DNA of 64,000 nt from Tubiluchus corallicola (GCA_030141605.1 JAQGDQ010000073.1:1-64000), one strand, 5' to 3'; shown: positions 46,332 through 61,047, numbered from the stretch's first letter. Notes: generated by a model from the sequence alone, not told the origin. Numbers and translations are program-made.

Positions 46332-48224
46332 TATAATGTTATAGGTTAATAATAGTATAAAACCAGTTACTGAATCTTGAAACCATGTGATTGAGTCCCT
46401 GTTTGCCTCAGTTCATATCCTGCTTATTCCAAACTTCTTATTTCATGCTTTTTGGCTCAGTTTGGTTACAGAAATTCAATAATTGTCGATTGAACTCGAT
46501 TCTTTTCACCAATTACGACGTCAGTATCCACTGTTTGCATGCATGACGAAATAGGTGTAAGGCATTGCTAGGCACCCAAAATTTTATAACCCTGTAAACT
46601 TTTTTCAAGTTTTTTCATTATAAAGTATGTATGACGGGCCTTATAAAAATGGAATTATAAATTTTTCCAAAAAAGTTATATTAAAATCTATATTTACTGG
46701 TGTGACTGAACATTAAACATTAGAAAAAATATTGTGTGAGAAAATTAAGGTGTAAAAAATTTTTCACGTGTGTCACATATGATAACATGCTTACATGTTT
46801 GCAAAATTACAGTAGAACTTAGCATATGTGTATTGCACGCCTAATTTTAAAACAAGGTTATCAAATCATGTACTATTAGTCATTTAGCAGGTAAATTATT
46901 GGCATTTTGAATTTTGCTGATATCTAGGTGTCTTTCAAAAAGTATATTCACTATGTAGGAAAAATCTGATAAAGCTTTATAAATATTGGCTTCCTTAATG
47001 AATTATTACAATTTTTGTCAAGATTATTATTAATGATGGAAGAAACCCACGATTAATTAAATTTTGATATCAAACTTGGCGAACAGGAAATGTGAATTGT
47101 TCAATCATTGGCGTCTTTTATATTGAATTGCTAATTTAGCTGGGGGAAATGTGTAGTTACCAATTTCTTTGTACATCCGTAGTTACTTCTATTAACTTTA
47201 GCAACAATCAGATACGTGCACAACCCAATCATAGTAAATTTGTTTATAGTGTGGTTATTTACGCTAAGACGACTTGTGAAATATATACAGCGAAACCTGA
47301 AACTAGATTTTCTGAAAGATACTAGTACTGATATCAGTGCAGGCTGAACTGTACAGAACTTAAACCAAGTAAAATAATGAGGATTGTTTTTATATAAAAC
47401 TGTCATGTGAAAACCTGGTTTTTCCCCTTTCTGCTGGGCATAAACTTTGAGCCCTATTATAATTTCAGCCACTAATAATGAAAACGAGGTAATAAAAATG
47501 TATATGATCTGAAATTACATGATTACATTGACAGATTTGTTTTAGTTGCTAATGCTCCATTAAATAGCTGTGAGCCATAGCCTAAATTGAAGTGTGATTA
47601 AAAGTGTCACATTACTTCTTTTTGATGACAGAGGGTGTGTTGTTGCGTGCATTCTTACATTGGTGCATGCAAATCACTGAATTCGATAGCACAGAGTCTG
47701 CACGACATTTCTGCGGTAGCTGCTTAACTGTTCACGCACTCGTAAAGGCTTGTTATTTTTAATTTAAAAAGTACTTTCTTCAATGTACAAGTGCACTATG
47801 TTATTGATAACACTTTGCTATTGCTATATATAAGTTTATATTTGTAGATTTACTGTACACATCTATGCAAAATGCTATTAGCTATTACTATACAGTATAC
47901 TATCAGCATATTAGCTAAGCAGCAATGATTAACATAATTAATAATTTATATCCTAGTGTAAAAAGAACTAAGTAAGTCTACTTGATTGTAATTGCAAAAA
48001 ACAAAGATGTAGTTTGCCATTATTATTGCATGTGAATAGGATTGCTTACACTTTGCCGTGCTATAGTTAATTAATGAACCAAATTAAGTATGTTAAAGTT
48101 CTCTAATGAAGTTGTTCTTTGAAAGATTAATAAAAGTAGTTAGAAATACTTGCATTTTTTGTTCTCATTATACAGTGATAGCTATTAATTGTACAAGTAT
48201 TTAGTTTTTGCTTTAATAAAAAAT

Positions 48225-48428
48225 CAGCTGTCCCACGGAGTTTTCAGGGAACACTGCACAGCCACAATATTGCGATCTGCATAGGGTTTTCGTGCATTTT
48301 TCAGCTCTGTGTTATAGTTAATGAAGGTCACACAAACGGTACTGGATGTAGTACAAAATCATGTGGTGAGCTGTTGGTGCACTGAATGCTGGTGCAGTGT
48401 TCACTAAAAACCTTGCATGACTGACACT
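48225..48428. mobile_element. ~200-bp MITE between the SH3RF and LTV1 3' ends
   Basis: GTTTTCAGGGAACACTGCAC on the left versus reverse complement GTTTTTAGTGAACACTGCAC on the right. Confidence 0.6.
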
Positions 48429-48820
48429 AATTCACGAAAATTGCTATTACAAAGCTGTATCACATACTTTCGTATATACATGAATTTTATTTTTACTTGA
48501 GGCACTGAACTGACATGACAGCACAAAAAATGTTATCAATCAACCTGTGTTTGAAGAACATTTCTAATTTATACGCAGTTAGAATTAGTTGGTATAAAGT
48601 GCATTACAAGTTGTACTTACTGTTAAAATTATGTAGTATGACTCACATTTCCCATTGACCAACTTAATATTACCAACTGAATGATTTTTATGCATATACA
48701 TTAATATGTTAACATTAAAAAGCTATTTACAAAATGCAATTTTGATCTAGCATTATTCAATAAATAAAACTAAATCAAAACTAAAAATAATTTACAAAAA
48801 ACTATGTTAAAAAACCTCTG

Positions 48821-51800
48821 CTATAACTGATCGTTCAGCCTGAGTGCTCTCTTCATTTGTTGCTGGTTCAGTTGAACTTGTCCCAATCGTTTTTCTTCAC
48901 TTTTGAATGCTCTTTTGTTAACTTTTTTCTCAGCTCTCCGCTCCTGGAAATTGGATATTATAAATTTCAGCATAAAGATTGAAATGTTGTGTATACTGCA
49001 GAAGAAATGGCTTTTAATTTTTATACAAAATGACTTACTAAAACACATTACTGAACAAAATGGTGTCCAAAATGGGATTTGAACAGGGAATGCACACCAG
49101 GACACTAGTTTATGCGAGTAATGACAATTCCACTTAGTAGAAAGAAAGTCCTGTGTTACATGCATATTGTTTTATTGTAATTGTTGTTTTTTATCCTCGT
49201 TAGTTTTTTGGCAGTGTGTTTACATAAGAGAGAGTGTGCGTGGTGAAAGCAGATGAACTTTTCTAAAGAAAAGAGAGGAATGGCTATTTACAATAACCTT
49301 AGTTTGAAGGCTGTTACAAAAGCAAATACGTCATACAAATTACAATATGTCATTTTGAATTACTATTCCATCAAATAGTCAAACGATAAGCATAAATTTC
49401 CGAGAAATTTCAAGGCTTCCCAAGATGACTCACTTTTGCACTTTTTTAGTATTTGATTGAAGTATTGTCATTCGGGAAACTCTTACATCGCCATGTGTTT
49501 TCCCATTTAATCTTTAGATCATTATTGTACCCTTTTGAAGGAAAAGAAAATGATGTGGCCCTGATTTCAATAAAATATCAAACAAGGAGTTTAAAAGGAG
49601 GATAGCGTGAAAGACATTTATTGTAATAAGATCATGGCATACTAAAGGATCACACCCATACTGACACCTACCGTCATCTGATCCACGTTAGTCTAAAGTT
49701 ATCAGTGTTGCATTGTGAAAATTGGCACTAAAATTTTTACTGAAACTCAAGAATGGGATGAATTAGCACATAGAGCTATTTTAATTCTGTCAGTTACTTG
49801 CTCCTCGCATGCATACATACATACATTCATACATATATATGAAATTTAAGGAAATTTTAAGTGAATATTTAGTTATCCCATACTTTAATACACCAATCGA
49901 CTTAGTACTCATGACAAGTCTGAGCAGTTACATGTACTAATTAAGTTCTAAGGAAGCACTAATTAATACTAGCAATCGAACAGAAAATTTCAAATCCAAA
50001 TCAAATTTAAAATTTTTCTAATTGAACGAAAATTTACAGAAGTTTTTTTCAGAAATTCTTTCCATTTAAACTAATCCAAGATTGTGAAATTTGGCAGTCA
50101 GATACATGCAAGCTTTACCGCCTTGATATACAGAAAATTCATTTAGTTCAGGTTGGGAATGCGACAAGTACTTGAAGCTAGCACAACAAGACCAGCCATC
50201 TGTAATTCTGCGCTAACGACTCATAATAAAATAATAACGGTGTGATTCGTTGCGACTGTTTTGCGGCAGCAATGGCATGAATTTCTCCAGTTTTGGAGAC
50301 ATAGTTGAATAAAATTGAATGTTTTTAATGCCAATTCAAATGGGACATTTTTACATAGTGCCAGTCCTAATAGCATTACTGTAATAATTTGCTATTGTGT
50401 TAAGTCAGAAATCTGTAATATCAGTACTATGACGACAACAGGTGGACTAGTGGCTTGGAGCATTTGTTATCATTATTTAATTCAGAAAACTCTGCAAAAG
50501 ATTTTTACTAGAGTAACATCTCACCTTTCTATGTTGCTTCACAGCAGACTTTCTTTCTCTTTTTTCTTCTGGTGTTTCACTCTTTGAGCGATGCCAATTT
50601 ACCTTTTCCTTTCCCTGTTCCTGATTTTTTTCCATTTCGACAAGTTGTCGTTGTGTCAAACCACGTCTCTTTAAGACGTTGTCAGGTATGCCTAAACCTT
50701 TGGTTAAGCGAATAGGATCATGCTAGAAACATTGGATAAATCTGTTAGTCAGTTCTACTAATAAATACAGCAAAATTTATTACAGCAAGATGATTTTAGG
50801 TGCATAGTAGTGGTGGGATCGATTAATCAATTTAAAAAATTTGGGTTTTTATTTCTGATCTTTGATTATATTTTTCAGCTACCGATGCAAATCAATTGCA
50901 TTACCAATATTATTTGCACTTATTTTTCGGAAAAACTACAAAAATCGCACGATAAACATAACCATCATTGCGGTGATATAAAGTAAAATGTCACTATCTG
51001 TGCACAGTAGCTTATCACCCTAAAGATGCAGCTTAGAAGCAAAAGTTTCTTATATGTACAAGCACTTTTATGCAGAGCCTCTATTTCTGTAAAATAGCAG
51101 AAAACGGTATTTCCTATTTTGGCGGCTCCACGGCAGTTAACAACAAAGGCTATACACGCTCACTGGTCAAAAGGCTATACATGCTCACTGGTCAAAAGGC
51201 TATACACGCTCACTGGTCAAAAGGCTATACATGCTCACTGGTCAAAAGGCTATACACGCTCACTGGTCAAAAGGCTATACATGCTCACTGGTCAAAAGGC
51301 TATACACGCTCACTGGTCAAAAGGCTAAATCTTTTTTCTACATGAGCCCAAATAAAAAACTGAGAATAAAACTGATGGCCCATCACTAGTGGATAAAGAG
51401 TAGGCTACTGAATTTCTGCAGACATACATCTCTACTAAAAATACAAAAGCATCATCACTGGCTTTAGTATCCTCACATGTTGTCATCATAATATAATACA
51501 TAAATATAATGAAATTTGTGTGGCTTTACATACAATAAATAAGACAAGAAAAATGAATGACGCACAAATAAATTCAAACAGTTACAACACAAGTGCTTTA
51601 GTTAAATGCATAATGTGAAGATATTACAATTTTCTGAGCTAACAAGCTGTTAATAGTGTGAACTACAACACGATAGAGGAGTTTAGAGTCCGTGTGATTT
51701 TTAGGCCATTATTACAGTATTTACAACCAGAGGGGAGCATTTCAAAAAATTTATACCTCGATGAAATTCATCACTAACAATAGCTTGTACTCTCTTTATG

Positions 51801-54800
51801 ACCATTGTTTTGTACAAGCTTCCCAAATTTTATAATTTTTATATCTTTTTTATAATATTATTATATTTAAAGGATACTACATGATAATGTTGACAGGGTT
51901 ACTATAGTTACCTTCTTTGGTTCAGTGATAAGTGTAGGATGATTATATAGTGTTGAGTAAGTACTGAGCACCGACTCACAGTCCCATTTCTCTTTTACCG
52001 GCTCTTTTATCTGTATTAGCTCTTCGTCAGAGGATGAGTCAGTCTCTTCCAGGTGTGGCTTGTCATTCAAAGTGGTATTTTCAAGTTTCCTAAATGTAGC
52101 AAAATAACACATTTTGTTACCGTACATGTAGTAAACACTTTTACTACATTAAGTAACTTGAATCACACATATCAAAAATAGTACAAAATATGTTTAATGC
52201 CATAACACAGAACCTTTGCTAAAGTGAAGTCAGTATGTTTTTGTTTTAAAACTAACAGCATTGTCAGCATGCTTTACTTACTAATTTAACTTATTTTCTG
52301 AAGCTATCACTATTTGAAATTGTCGTTACTTAACGCTACTGCATCAGCTAGTAATTAATGGTGCTAATGGCAGTAGCTGTCAAACGACTCATAAATCAGA
52401 ATGAGCATGGATTTTCTGTTAAATAATTGCTACTACATATATAAATTGTCATCAAAACGTTTACTGTCTGTCCACAGAAAAGCCATCCAAAGCATCTGTG
52501 AAAACTTAGCACAAATTCTCTAGCATTAATGCTAACAACCATGTACACATTTTCAACTGGATCAAATGAAATAATTTCTAAATAAATGACATTATGATAA
52601 TTTGCCAGCATGTAATTTGTTTCTTTTTAATGTAAACAATTTTGTTAAGACCAGAACTACATTATGCAAAAACTTTTAAAAACTGAACAGTATGAATTTA
52701 TTCATCATCCAATAAATGGCTTATTCAACAATTAACCAAAACCGTAATAGTATACTTCAAACAAGGATAAGTCATTGTAATTACTTCAGTGCTTGCTGTC
52801 TTTCAAATTCTGCTAAGATGCTGTTGAAAATTTCACTATCAGGTTTAATTCGACCTTCAAAATCTTCAAAATCTAATGATCCAATTTCTTCTGCATTGTA
52901 CTCTTCATACATCTGAACGAAAACATCAAAATAAAAAAATGCTTTTAAAACGCATAAATGTATCCAATAAACCTTTCCTTTGAGGTTCTTCGTTCCTCAA
53001 AAATAGTTCATTTTAAGAAAGCACTATTTTCTGGCCAAAATTTCTCGAAAAATATTGTTACAGAAGCTGCTGGCTGTGCTTAGAATCATTACTCTTTTAC
53101 CAGATTTTTAGCTGAAAATCCATAGTGCTATTAATAAAAAAATTGATAAAAGATAAATGCCAGAAATAATAAAAACTCCTTTTCATTGTTAAGCATCAAA
53201 AAATTCCAGCATGTTTAAGAGGTAGATAATTTTTAAACCACAAATAACAATTCTTCATTATTTATTAGGCATGGGAGCATGCCCTTATGTGCCGAACAAT
53301 TAGTAAAATTACCCCACTTCACTCTTGTTTGACATTAGACTCGAGTCAATTCATAAATATATGAAAATCTTAAGCAAATTGAAACCAATGAGAGTTTTAG
53401 CTCTATTTAATGCCATGTGAACATTCAATTTTACAAGTTTTGCAGATTTCAATAAAATAATTTAGTAACATACTTTACCTTCTCAAATCGATCATCGAGA
53501 AGGGTGAGGCCCTCATTTCTCGGCAGAACAGAAGAAGTCATTGAATATTCCGTAAACCGCGACGATTTTATTTCATCTCCCCAGAAATTGTAATCAATTC
53601 TCTTTTCGTTATTGTCCTCGTCGTCAGTGTAGTCAGCTTCATCACTAGCAGCGTAGTTATCAGAATCATCTTCGTCATAGTCTTCATCCCTAGACCATTC
53701 AAAATTTTTTTTAATAATGATATAATTCAAAGTTTTCAATTTTCAATGAGCAAAAGATAATTTTTAGCACCGGTGTTAGAAAGAGGTCTAAAGCATTAAT
53801 TTTAAGGATTGCATGCTTAATAAGAAAGTTTAGTTAAGAAATGTAACTTAATGGATAGCGTAGTTCAATGGTAGCACGTTCACTTCCAACCCGAGAGGTC
53901 ACGGGTTCAATTCCCAAATGAGTCACACCGAAGGCCAAAAAATGGTACCGGTGGTTGTTCAACCAAGCACGCGTGTTTATCGAAATAACACGCGAGTAAT
54001 AACAATCGGGACAACCTTGGAAGTACGTATTGCAGTACTTAAGGTGTTTTCCCTGGATTATGTCTAAACGAAATTGCTATTATTATTATTATAAAGTATA
54101 GTAAATCAAAAGGACTTATACACTTTCAAAAAAGTAGTGTGCTAGTACAAAATACAAATTATATTAATCGACCAAGCAATTCTCTACGGAAGTTTTATAG
54201 CTGCATTTAATCAAAAGATTTAAAAAAAATGAAGCAAAAATTCTAAATTTCAACCTTAATTTAGAAACTTTAAGTCATTTTACGTGTTTGTTGTGACTTG
54301 CTAAAATGGGATTACACCACTAACAAATAAAAATTACAATCATGATGGCAAATAAATATGCAATGTGTGACAAATATTTTCAAAGTATTTCTGTCTGCAT
54401 TTGTGCCATATCTTCTTTTGTAAAAACTTGAGTAAATGCCTTAATTACCATTAGAATAGTAAGAAATTAAAAAAAACGAATATGTTCTCAGCTTTATCTT
54501 TTCATTGCTTCTCAACAAAAAACAAAATTGCATACTAATGGACAATTTGCATTGCTCTTTTGATTTAGTTTGTCTAATCACTAAGCAATAAGGTTGCAGT
54601 TGATTTAGCAAGTCTCTTTTTAAGACATACAATCTAGAAATACATATCCTAGCTGTAAACTATATTTGTTAACCTTCACATTAATAAATACTTGCATTTG
54701 CGAAAGCTGGCAAATTCGCAGTTGACTATCACCTGTCTTGATACTAACAAAAACCACCTGTTCAGAATAAGTGCTGGGTAACTTGATAATTAAACTGCTA

Positions 54801-57800
54801 TTAAACTAAATTCAAATGTAACTGTAAATCCTGTCACATTTTACACAAGACGACAATTCTTGGACTGCTAGTTAACTTACACTAGACCAGCAAAAAAAGT
54901 AACAAATCATGTTTCTATGACAGCCTTGAAAGCAGTGTAGCATATTTGGTATAACCAGGTAGTATAAAGTGTACATGGTGTAGTGATTAACAATATAAAC
55001 GATATTAATATAACGTATAATAATAGGCAACACTTACATGAGCCCATCTTTCTCATCGGCAGGTTCAGTATTTGCTTTCAACACAAAGTCATCTTCAAGC
55101 TCATTTTTTGAATCGCCAAAATCAAAATCATCATCTAGTGCTGCTACGATGTCCGGATCCCAATCTGGTTTTGGTCCGCTATGTGGTGCTGCTTTGTGCA
55201 GCAAACCAATTGTCTGTTCGACATCAGACGCAAACACAGAAGATGGCAGATTAAGTTTGGGCTCCCGACTAGTGGACTTTTCACCAAATGGAGCTTCGGG
55301 TGCAGGCAGAAGCTCAGATATTTCACCAACTTCTTTGAGATGTTGCAGGTAATCATAATCGTCTTCAAAATAGATGCCATATTTCTGCTGTTCCTGAATT
55401 TGCTTTTCCTATGTGTGCAAAAAGCAAAATAGCAAATCAATGAACTAATATATTTTTTATTACTAAATACTATTAAATAGATGTATATCACAAAAGCAGT
55501 CAATAATCTTGTGTAGTATAATTTCATATGAAGTGTATGTTAAGTTGCCTAAAAAACCCTAAAACATATGATGATTCAACTCTGTTCAATTGAATTCAGC
55601 AACCAGACAATTAGCTCTTGTGAGTTTTTTTTCACTTATTTCTTGTATTGTTAATTTTTGTCGTACTAAAATGAGTATTTAGTTATTTTAACTTATTTAC
55701 TTTCTTATTTTCAATTGGAAGATTAGAATAGTTGCATGACGGAAAAACTGAATAATGCAAACAAATTTCACTAAAGAAAGAGAGTCGTGAAACGATACAC
55801 ATGCCTGGCCAGCAAGAGTATATCAGTCAGTATCTCATACGTAACTACATTAATGACAACATTGGAACAAAACAACAAATTTCGTGTTTAACTTTCACAA
55901 TTTTTTTATGAAAGACATACTTGTAAGCTAAATTCAGTTTAACAAAAACGTTCCACTGTATCAGCCCAAGCACTCTAGTTATGAAGGTCTGTGTTCTAAA
56001 GCCTCTAAGTGTGCAAATTCTATACAATTCTTATTGTAGAAACATTCCACAGACATTAATAATTAACCAAACCAAAATAAACTGCTATTTGACACAATAT
56101 CACGCTGGAGTAAAAAGCCACTTTCATAAGCAATACATAATAATTGACTTATTTAATTATTATTAACATCATTTATTTCCGAACATACACATGCACAGTT
56201 AAGTTACATAAGTGATTCAATTGAAAGAAATTAGTAGACTAGTAGTATTAATAACTTACTGCAGATGATCTGCTACTAGTATAAACAGAAAAGCTACTAC
56301 CTATATATTGCTACATGAATGGGAAAATATTCTATGCCAACATATTTTTATCGTTGAATTTTTTGGTGCTGCATTCAGAAATATAAACAATACCTTCGCT
56401 TCCTTGTCACTGCAAATTTGGCTGCCTTTTTCCAGTAACACATGCTTGCTTGCAGACTCGTCTGCTTGTAATGGATCCTGCTGACTCCGGTGCACCACGT
56501 GGAAGACAACTGCATTTTTCTTATCAATAAATGGTTTCTTTTTTCTAGGCTAAAAACACATCCAAAAAGTGATTTTAGTGCAGTTTAAAAACTGAAATGA
56601 AACTGTTTGATCTGTGATCACTTGAGCAACAATCATTCTAATGTTATAGATGCATACTGCTCTTTGCAATATTGGATCGTTCTGGAGTGTCAAGCAAGGA
56701 CATTTTCTTAATCTAACAAGACCCATAGGATCTCTTAAAGTTGTATTATCACTTGGTTTATTCTGATCCTATCAAACTTCAAATTTTATCAGGTTACATC
56801 TTTAAAAATCATCATCATCAGTAATTGCTAATCAATTTCTATTTTGCATAGCAAACGAGTTTTATGTGGTGCATTTTAAGACAAGCAAACATGGCTATTT
56901 CTGCTTATAAACTTGCACTTATTATTAGATGCTATAATTTTCAATGATTGGTTATTATTGCATGCATTAATTAACGCAAAAAATGCGAGCACCTAAAACC
57001 AACTTTAATTATATAATTTACTCAATAGGTTATTTGAGATAGTCCTGCAACAGTCTTAAAGCAACTTTAAAGAATTACGTAAATGAATAACATTTGCCCA
57101 AAGACGCTTTCAAGCGGTTCTGTGTTTTCTTAAATATATAGCAATAAAAATGCAATTCATATTTAAACTGCATAGCAGTCACATTTAGTAGTAATATTGT
57201 TATACCAGATAAAAGTTTTGTGCTTTTATGCTTAAAAATGCACACTTCCGAATTTTTGTGCAAAATAAGAGCTGCACATGAAAATCACCACTAAAAACAA
57301 AATATATTCATGCATATAATGACGATATGGTAAAAATCAAATTACAGCCAGTCTTGTAATCTTTTTAAGTGCAAAACAAAAAATTTTTTCATTAGTCATC
57401 TCAGAACATATGAATTACTGTACTATATTGTTACACCGTTAATGTCATTATTAAGAATACAGTGTTCCCTCGCTACTTCGCAGTTCGTTTATCGCAGACT
57501 CGCTGTTTCGTGGGTTTTCAAAAATATTAATGTAAAATATTTATCGCCGTATTTTCGCTGTTTTGCGGTACTCCGTCTAAAGTATTTTTGCACATGCGTA
57601 GTACGTATTGTACAGTAATGTATAGATTTGATGAATTTTGCATGGTTTTTAGTCGTGTGACTGTACAGCTGTACGACTTTTCAAAATTTAAGTATCGAAT
57701 AATGCAATACTTAGTACGTATTATCCCTTTTAAATTCATGACCACCTCGCTAGTATTCATGTCACGGATACACTATTGCAAAAGACTAAAACCTATTTTC

Positions 57801-58022
57801 ACATTAGCCGCTTAATAAACTAGAGCAGATGTCTTGCTCGCGGTTCATTGTGCTGCAGTATCTACATTTAAAAAATAAAAGGTAATTAAATTGGTTACTA
57901 ATAATAATACGAACCAAACTAACTGTTTTATTCTCAAATAAAACAGTATCCAAACAATTTCACAAGATCAAGAAATACTTTTGAAGCAAAAAGATTATGT
58001 AATCTTGAAATATACGTACCAT
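48821..58022 (-). CDS. LTV1: Protein LTV1 homolog (40S ribosome biogenesis factor), 8 coding exons, ~455 aa
   Basis: Exons (minus): 58022-58020 (ATG only), 56549-56394, 55408-55038, 53689-53479, 52912-52785, 52089-51912, 50722-50525, 48943-48821; phases compatible, 1368 nt. Motifs KKPFIDKK..FHVVHRSQQDPL, YGIYFEDDYDYLQHLK, DWDPDIVAALDDDFD, SRFTEYSMTSSV..RNEGLTLLDDRFE, KWDCESVLSTYSTLYNHP, ETPEEKRERK..ERRAEKK. Confidence 0.93.
51145..51327. repeat. 25-bp minisatellite, 7 units, in an LTV1 intron
   Basis: Unit AAGGCTATACA(C/T)GCTCACTGGTCAA. The C and T variants alternate strictly, giving a 50-bp higher-order unit. There are no spacers. Confidence 0.97.
53853..54092 (+). mobile_element. tRNA-derived SINE (MetaSINE-like core) in an LTV1 intron
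   Basis: Box A TAGTTCAATGG and box B GGTTCAATTCC, followed by GTCACACCGAAGGCCAAAAAATGGTACC (resembling the Meta-domain as I recall it) and an (ATT)n tail. Confidence 0.75.
57460..57520 (+). mobile_element. Tigger/pogo-like transposon terminus in LTV1 intron 1
   Basis: TA|CAGTGTTCCCTCGCTACTTCGCAG..TCGCAGACTCGC. No partner end was identified. Confidence 0.4.
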
Positions 58023-60270
58023 AGTTACTAAAAAATCAAAGTTAGCTAAGAAACGTTTTTCAGTCAATAATTTTTACACAATAAACCAAAGGCACGTGGT
58101 TATTATAACAGTGCCCTCTTTACGTAAATAATGCAAACATTGTGAAATGTCGGCAAAATTTTCAAAAGCTTTACACAGTAGGTGGCAGCACAAACATAAA
58201 AGCTTGTATTTATACAAATTTATTGCGAAATAAATGGTATATATTACATTCTCTGTTTACAGTAATCTCTCTTGTATTTAACATAATTTCAATATCCAAA
58301 ATTAAAGTTAGCAATACAGAATTTTACATTTTAAATTTTCATTGTCTACACGATGCTACAATTTTGTAATCAGATGAATGGCAACACAAAACACTTAAAA
58401 TTTACATAATTGCAGTGATCCAACAAAAAATTGTTTCTGAATTACGAGCATCTGCAATCAATAAGTTTTAATCCGTGATCAGAGGATTTTAACAGACATA
58501 GAACCCATAATTATGCTGATTTTCCATTTCATTATTATGTTATGCTTCGAATTATAACTCGAAAAATATAAAATAATTATTATTACAAAACTTACAAGGT
58601 AGACAGACAGCTGTAGAGTCTCAGCTTTAACTATGGCATGATTAAAAAGAAGGGATTGAAGGGCCCGAGAGAGGAGGAAAGCTTAGAAAAATTAGAAACT
58701 GACATCAGTCACACATGAGCGTAATAATCAACAGCTTTTAACGTAAGTACACCACACCATAGATTGACTACACAGCAGTATAGGCATAATCAAGTGATAA
58801 AGACCGTTACGCCCGTGGATTCGGATCTGAATTCGTACACTCTTGTTATGAATGAATGTCCTATTAATCAGTACTTTATTCAATCAGTGTTAATAAATTC
58901 TACAACACTGATTTTTCCATTCAACAGAATTTTTCTACAACATCAACAATTTAATATTTTTAGTCAATTCAAAGTTAAAAGATTAGACCATCAAAAGTAA
59001 CATATTTTACTATTAATTTACAGCAAGAAATGGTAAAACATTGTTGAGTATTATTGTTAGACATAATTTTTAGGCTTTCTAGAACGACTATGAACGAATT
59101 TTGTAAAATTTTATCTAATTGAAAATAAAGAAAAGAAACATCTCAGAAAAATTATTATTTTAACAGAACTGTATTTCACAACAAGTTTAATTTTTATTTA
59201 CAGATACAGTTGCACAATTTATGCCAACAAAGTGGGTTTGAATAAAAATTCATAACAATAATTATTCCTGTTAATTTTGAATGAGAGCTCAATGAATAAT
59301 TTCATTAAAACAACTAACATACATAGGCCTATTTCAAAACAAAATGAAAAAAATGGAAAAGACAGGTATGGACATTTAGATAGTGAAAATTATAAACTTT
59401 TACACAACAGGTAAAAGTTACTTTGCAATATTTAGCAGTTGAAGTAAAAGACCACAAAACATTTAATACAGTGGCATAATACTGAACAGTTGTAAATTCA
59501 TCACGTTATTTATGCAGACAATCGTTCCGATATTAAAATATCATTTTCAATGCTAAAAATTGAGCTGCAAAGCATTTTGAGAAATTTTCAAAATAGAGAC
59601 AAATTAATAAATTCATTGTGCGCACTTTACTTATTAGGCAAACACTGACTTAAAAGTTTATTAATGCCGCAGACCAAGTTAATCTATACACAGAAAAGAA
59701 GAACTAATAATTTCTTTAGTTAATGAAATTACAATAGCTGCGAAAGCATGAGAAAGTTTTTTATCACACTTTAAACAGAATTAACAACATTTGCCTAAAA
59801 TACTGAAATAAGTTATTTTAAAACTAATTTTCAAACGTTTAAATTAACAATACAATTGGTATATTAAACAGAGTTACATACATGCAATTATTTATGATAA
59901 CATAACAACAGCTGAGGCAATAAATGGAATAAGAGTAATAATAACATAAACAAAAACTTAGAACTATACATTACAAATTACAAAATTTAGTAAATCAGTA
60001 AAACAGAATGTAAAATTCAATAAAATCTAACAACACTTCTGCTTCGTACATTTTAAAAGACCTTGTGCACCATCAAATATCCGATTTATTTTGGGTTAAA
60101 ATTCTGAAAAAGCACTTACCATGATGCACAAGTTTTTGACTCATCATTTAACACTTACTAAGCTTAAAAATTAATCTGTGCAGGTAATAAATATTTTATA
60201 AAACAATGAACTCAATTAAATTTTTGAAACAAATCTGAGCCTATTAAAATTAGTAAGGAAGTTAAGGAAG

Positions 60271-60343
60271 TTGTGACTGAGCTTGGATTTGAACCAAGGA
60301 CTTTCGGGTTACAAGTTCATGCCATGACAGCTAGACCAGACCC
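60271..60343 (-). mobile_element. Degenerate tRNA-like SINE head
   Basis: The minus strand reads TGGTCTAGCTG (box A-like)...GGTTCAAATCC (box B) and has no intact cloverleaf acceptor stem. Confidence 0.5.
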
Positions 60344-61047
60344 TTTTGATCATTAAATTCAATCTTAATGTTTCACCCTCAATAACCAATCCAACATTTG
60401 CAAGTGTCAGTTTGCTCACACTAGAGCAATTATAAACTCATTACTAGCTTACAACCTCTATTATTTCACCAACAAGTCAAGAATTACCCAACAATAGTAT
60501 TACTATTTATAAATAAATATAATAAGCAATTTACACAATGCTGAAAATAAGGTGTAACAGATAAACTTATGATGTGCATGTATGTGTACACATAACATGC
60601 AGTGTATATAATAATATTATCATTCTCATGCAAACGCCTCTTAAGCACAAAAAGATGCTTTTTGAAGAAATAGCAAAATCTGTTTTATTTGCTTGCTTTA
60701 TATCATTTCATGCACTCAGTTACAGCAATCAACTAATTTTTTGCCTTGATGCTCCACTATATTACACATGTACTGTGTTCTACAGTACCATGGCGGCTGC
60801 AAGGCATTTTTGCACACAGGAATCATTTCTTCGTATTCAGTCTATAATATTTTCTGTAAATACACATGAGAGATACTTTGTTTCAAACTGCATTTTTCTC
60901 TTTACTTAACTTAGAAGCATATGCCATATACCATTATGTGCAGAATATTTCCAACTAACATATAAGTTAGCACAAAAACAAAATTTCAAAGTATATCATA
61001 ACACATGCAGTTATAGTGTGGAGTACACAGTGAGTATCTGTCAATAT

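Noticed and set aside
51145-51327. CRISPR array
   Set aside because: The units are directly adjacent with no unique spacers, the context is a eukaryotic intron and there are no cas genes. It is a minisatellite, and ORFs 51070-51345 and 51119-51328 are repeat artefacts.
52397-52455. Intronic C/D snoRNA in LTV1 (TGATGA...CTGA on the minus strand)
   Set aside because: It is short and AT-rich, with no terminal stem or recognisable rRNA guide; not supportable without a covariance-model search.
53853-53925. Functional tRNA gene
   Set aside because: Boxes A and B are present, but acceptor-stem pairing is poor and the sequence runs on into a SINE body and (ATT)n tail.
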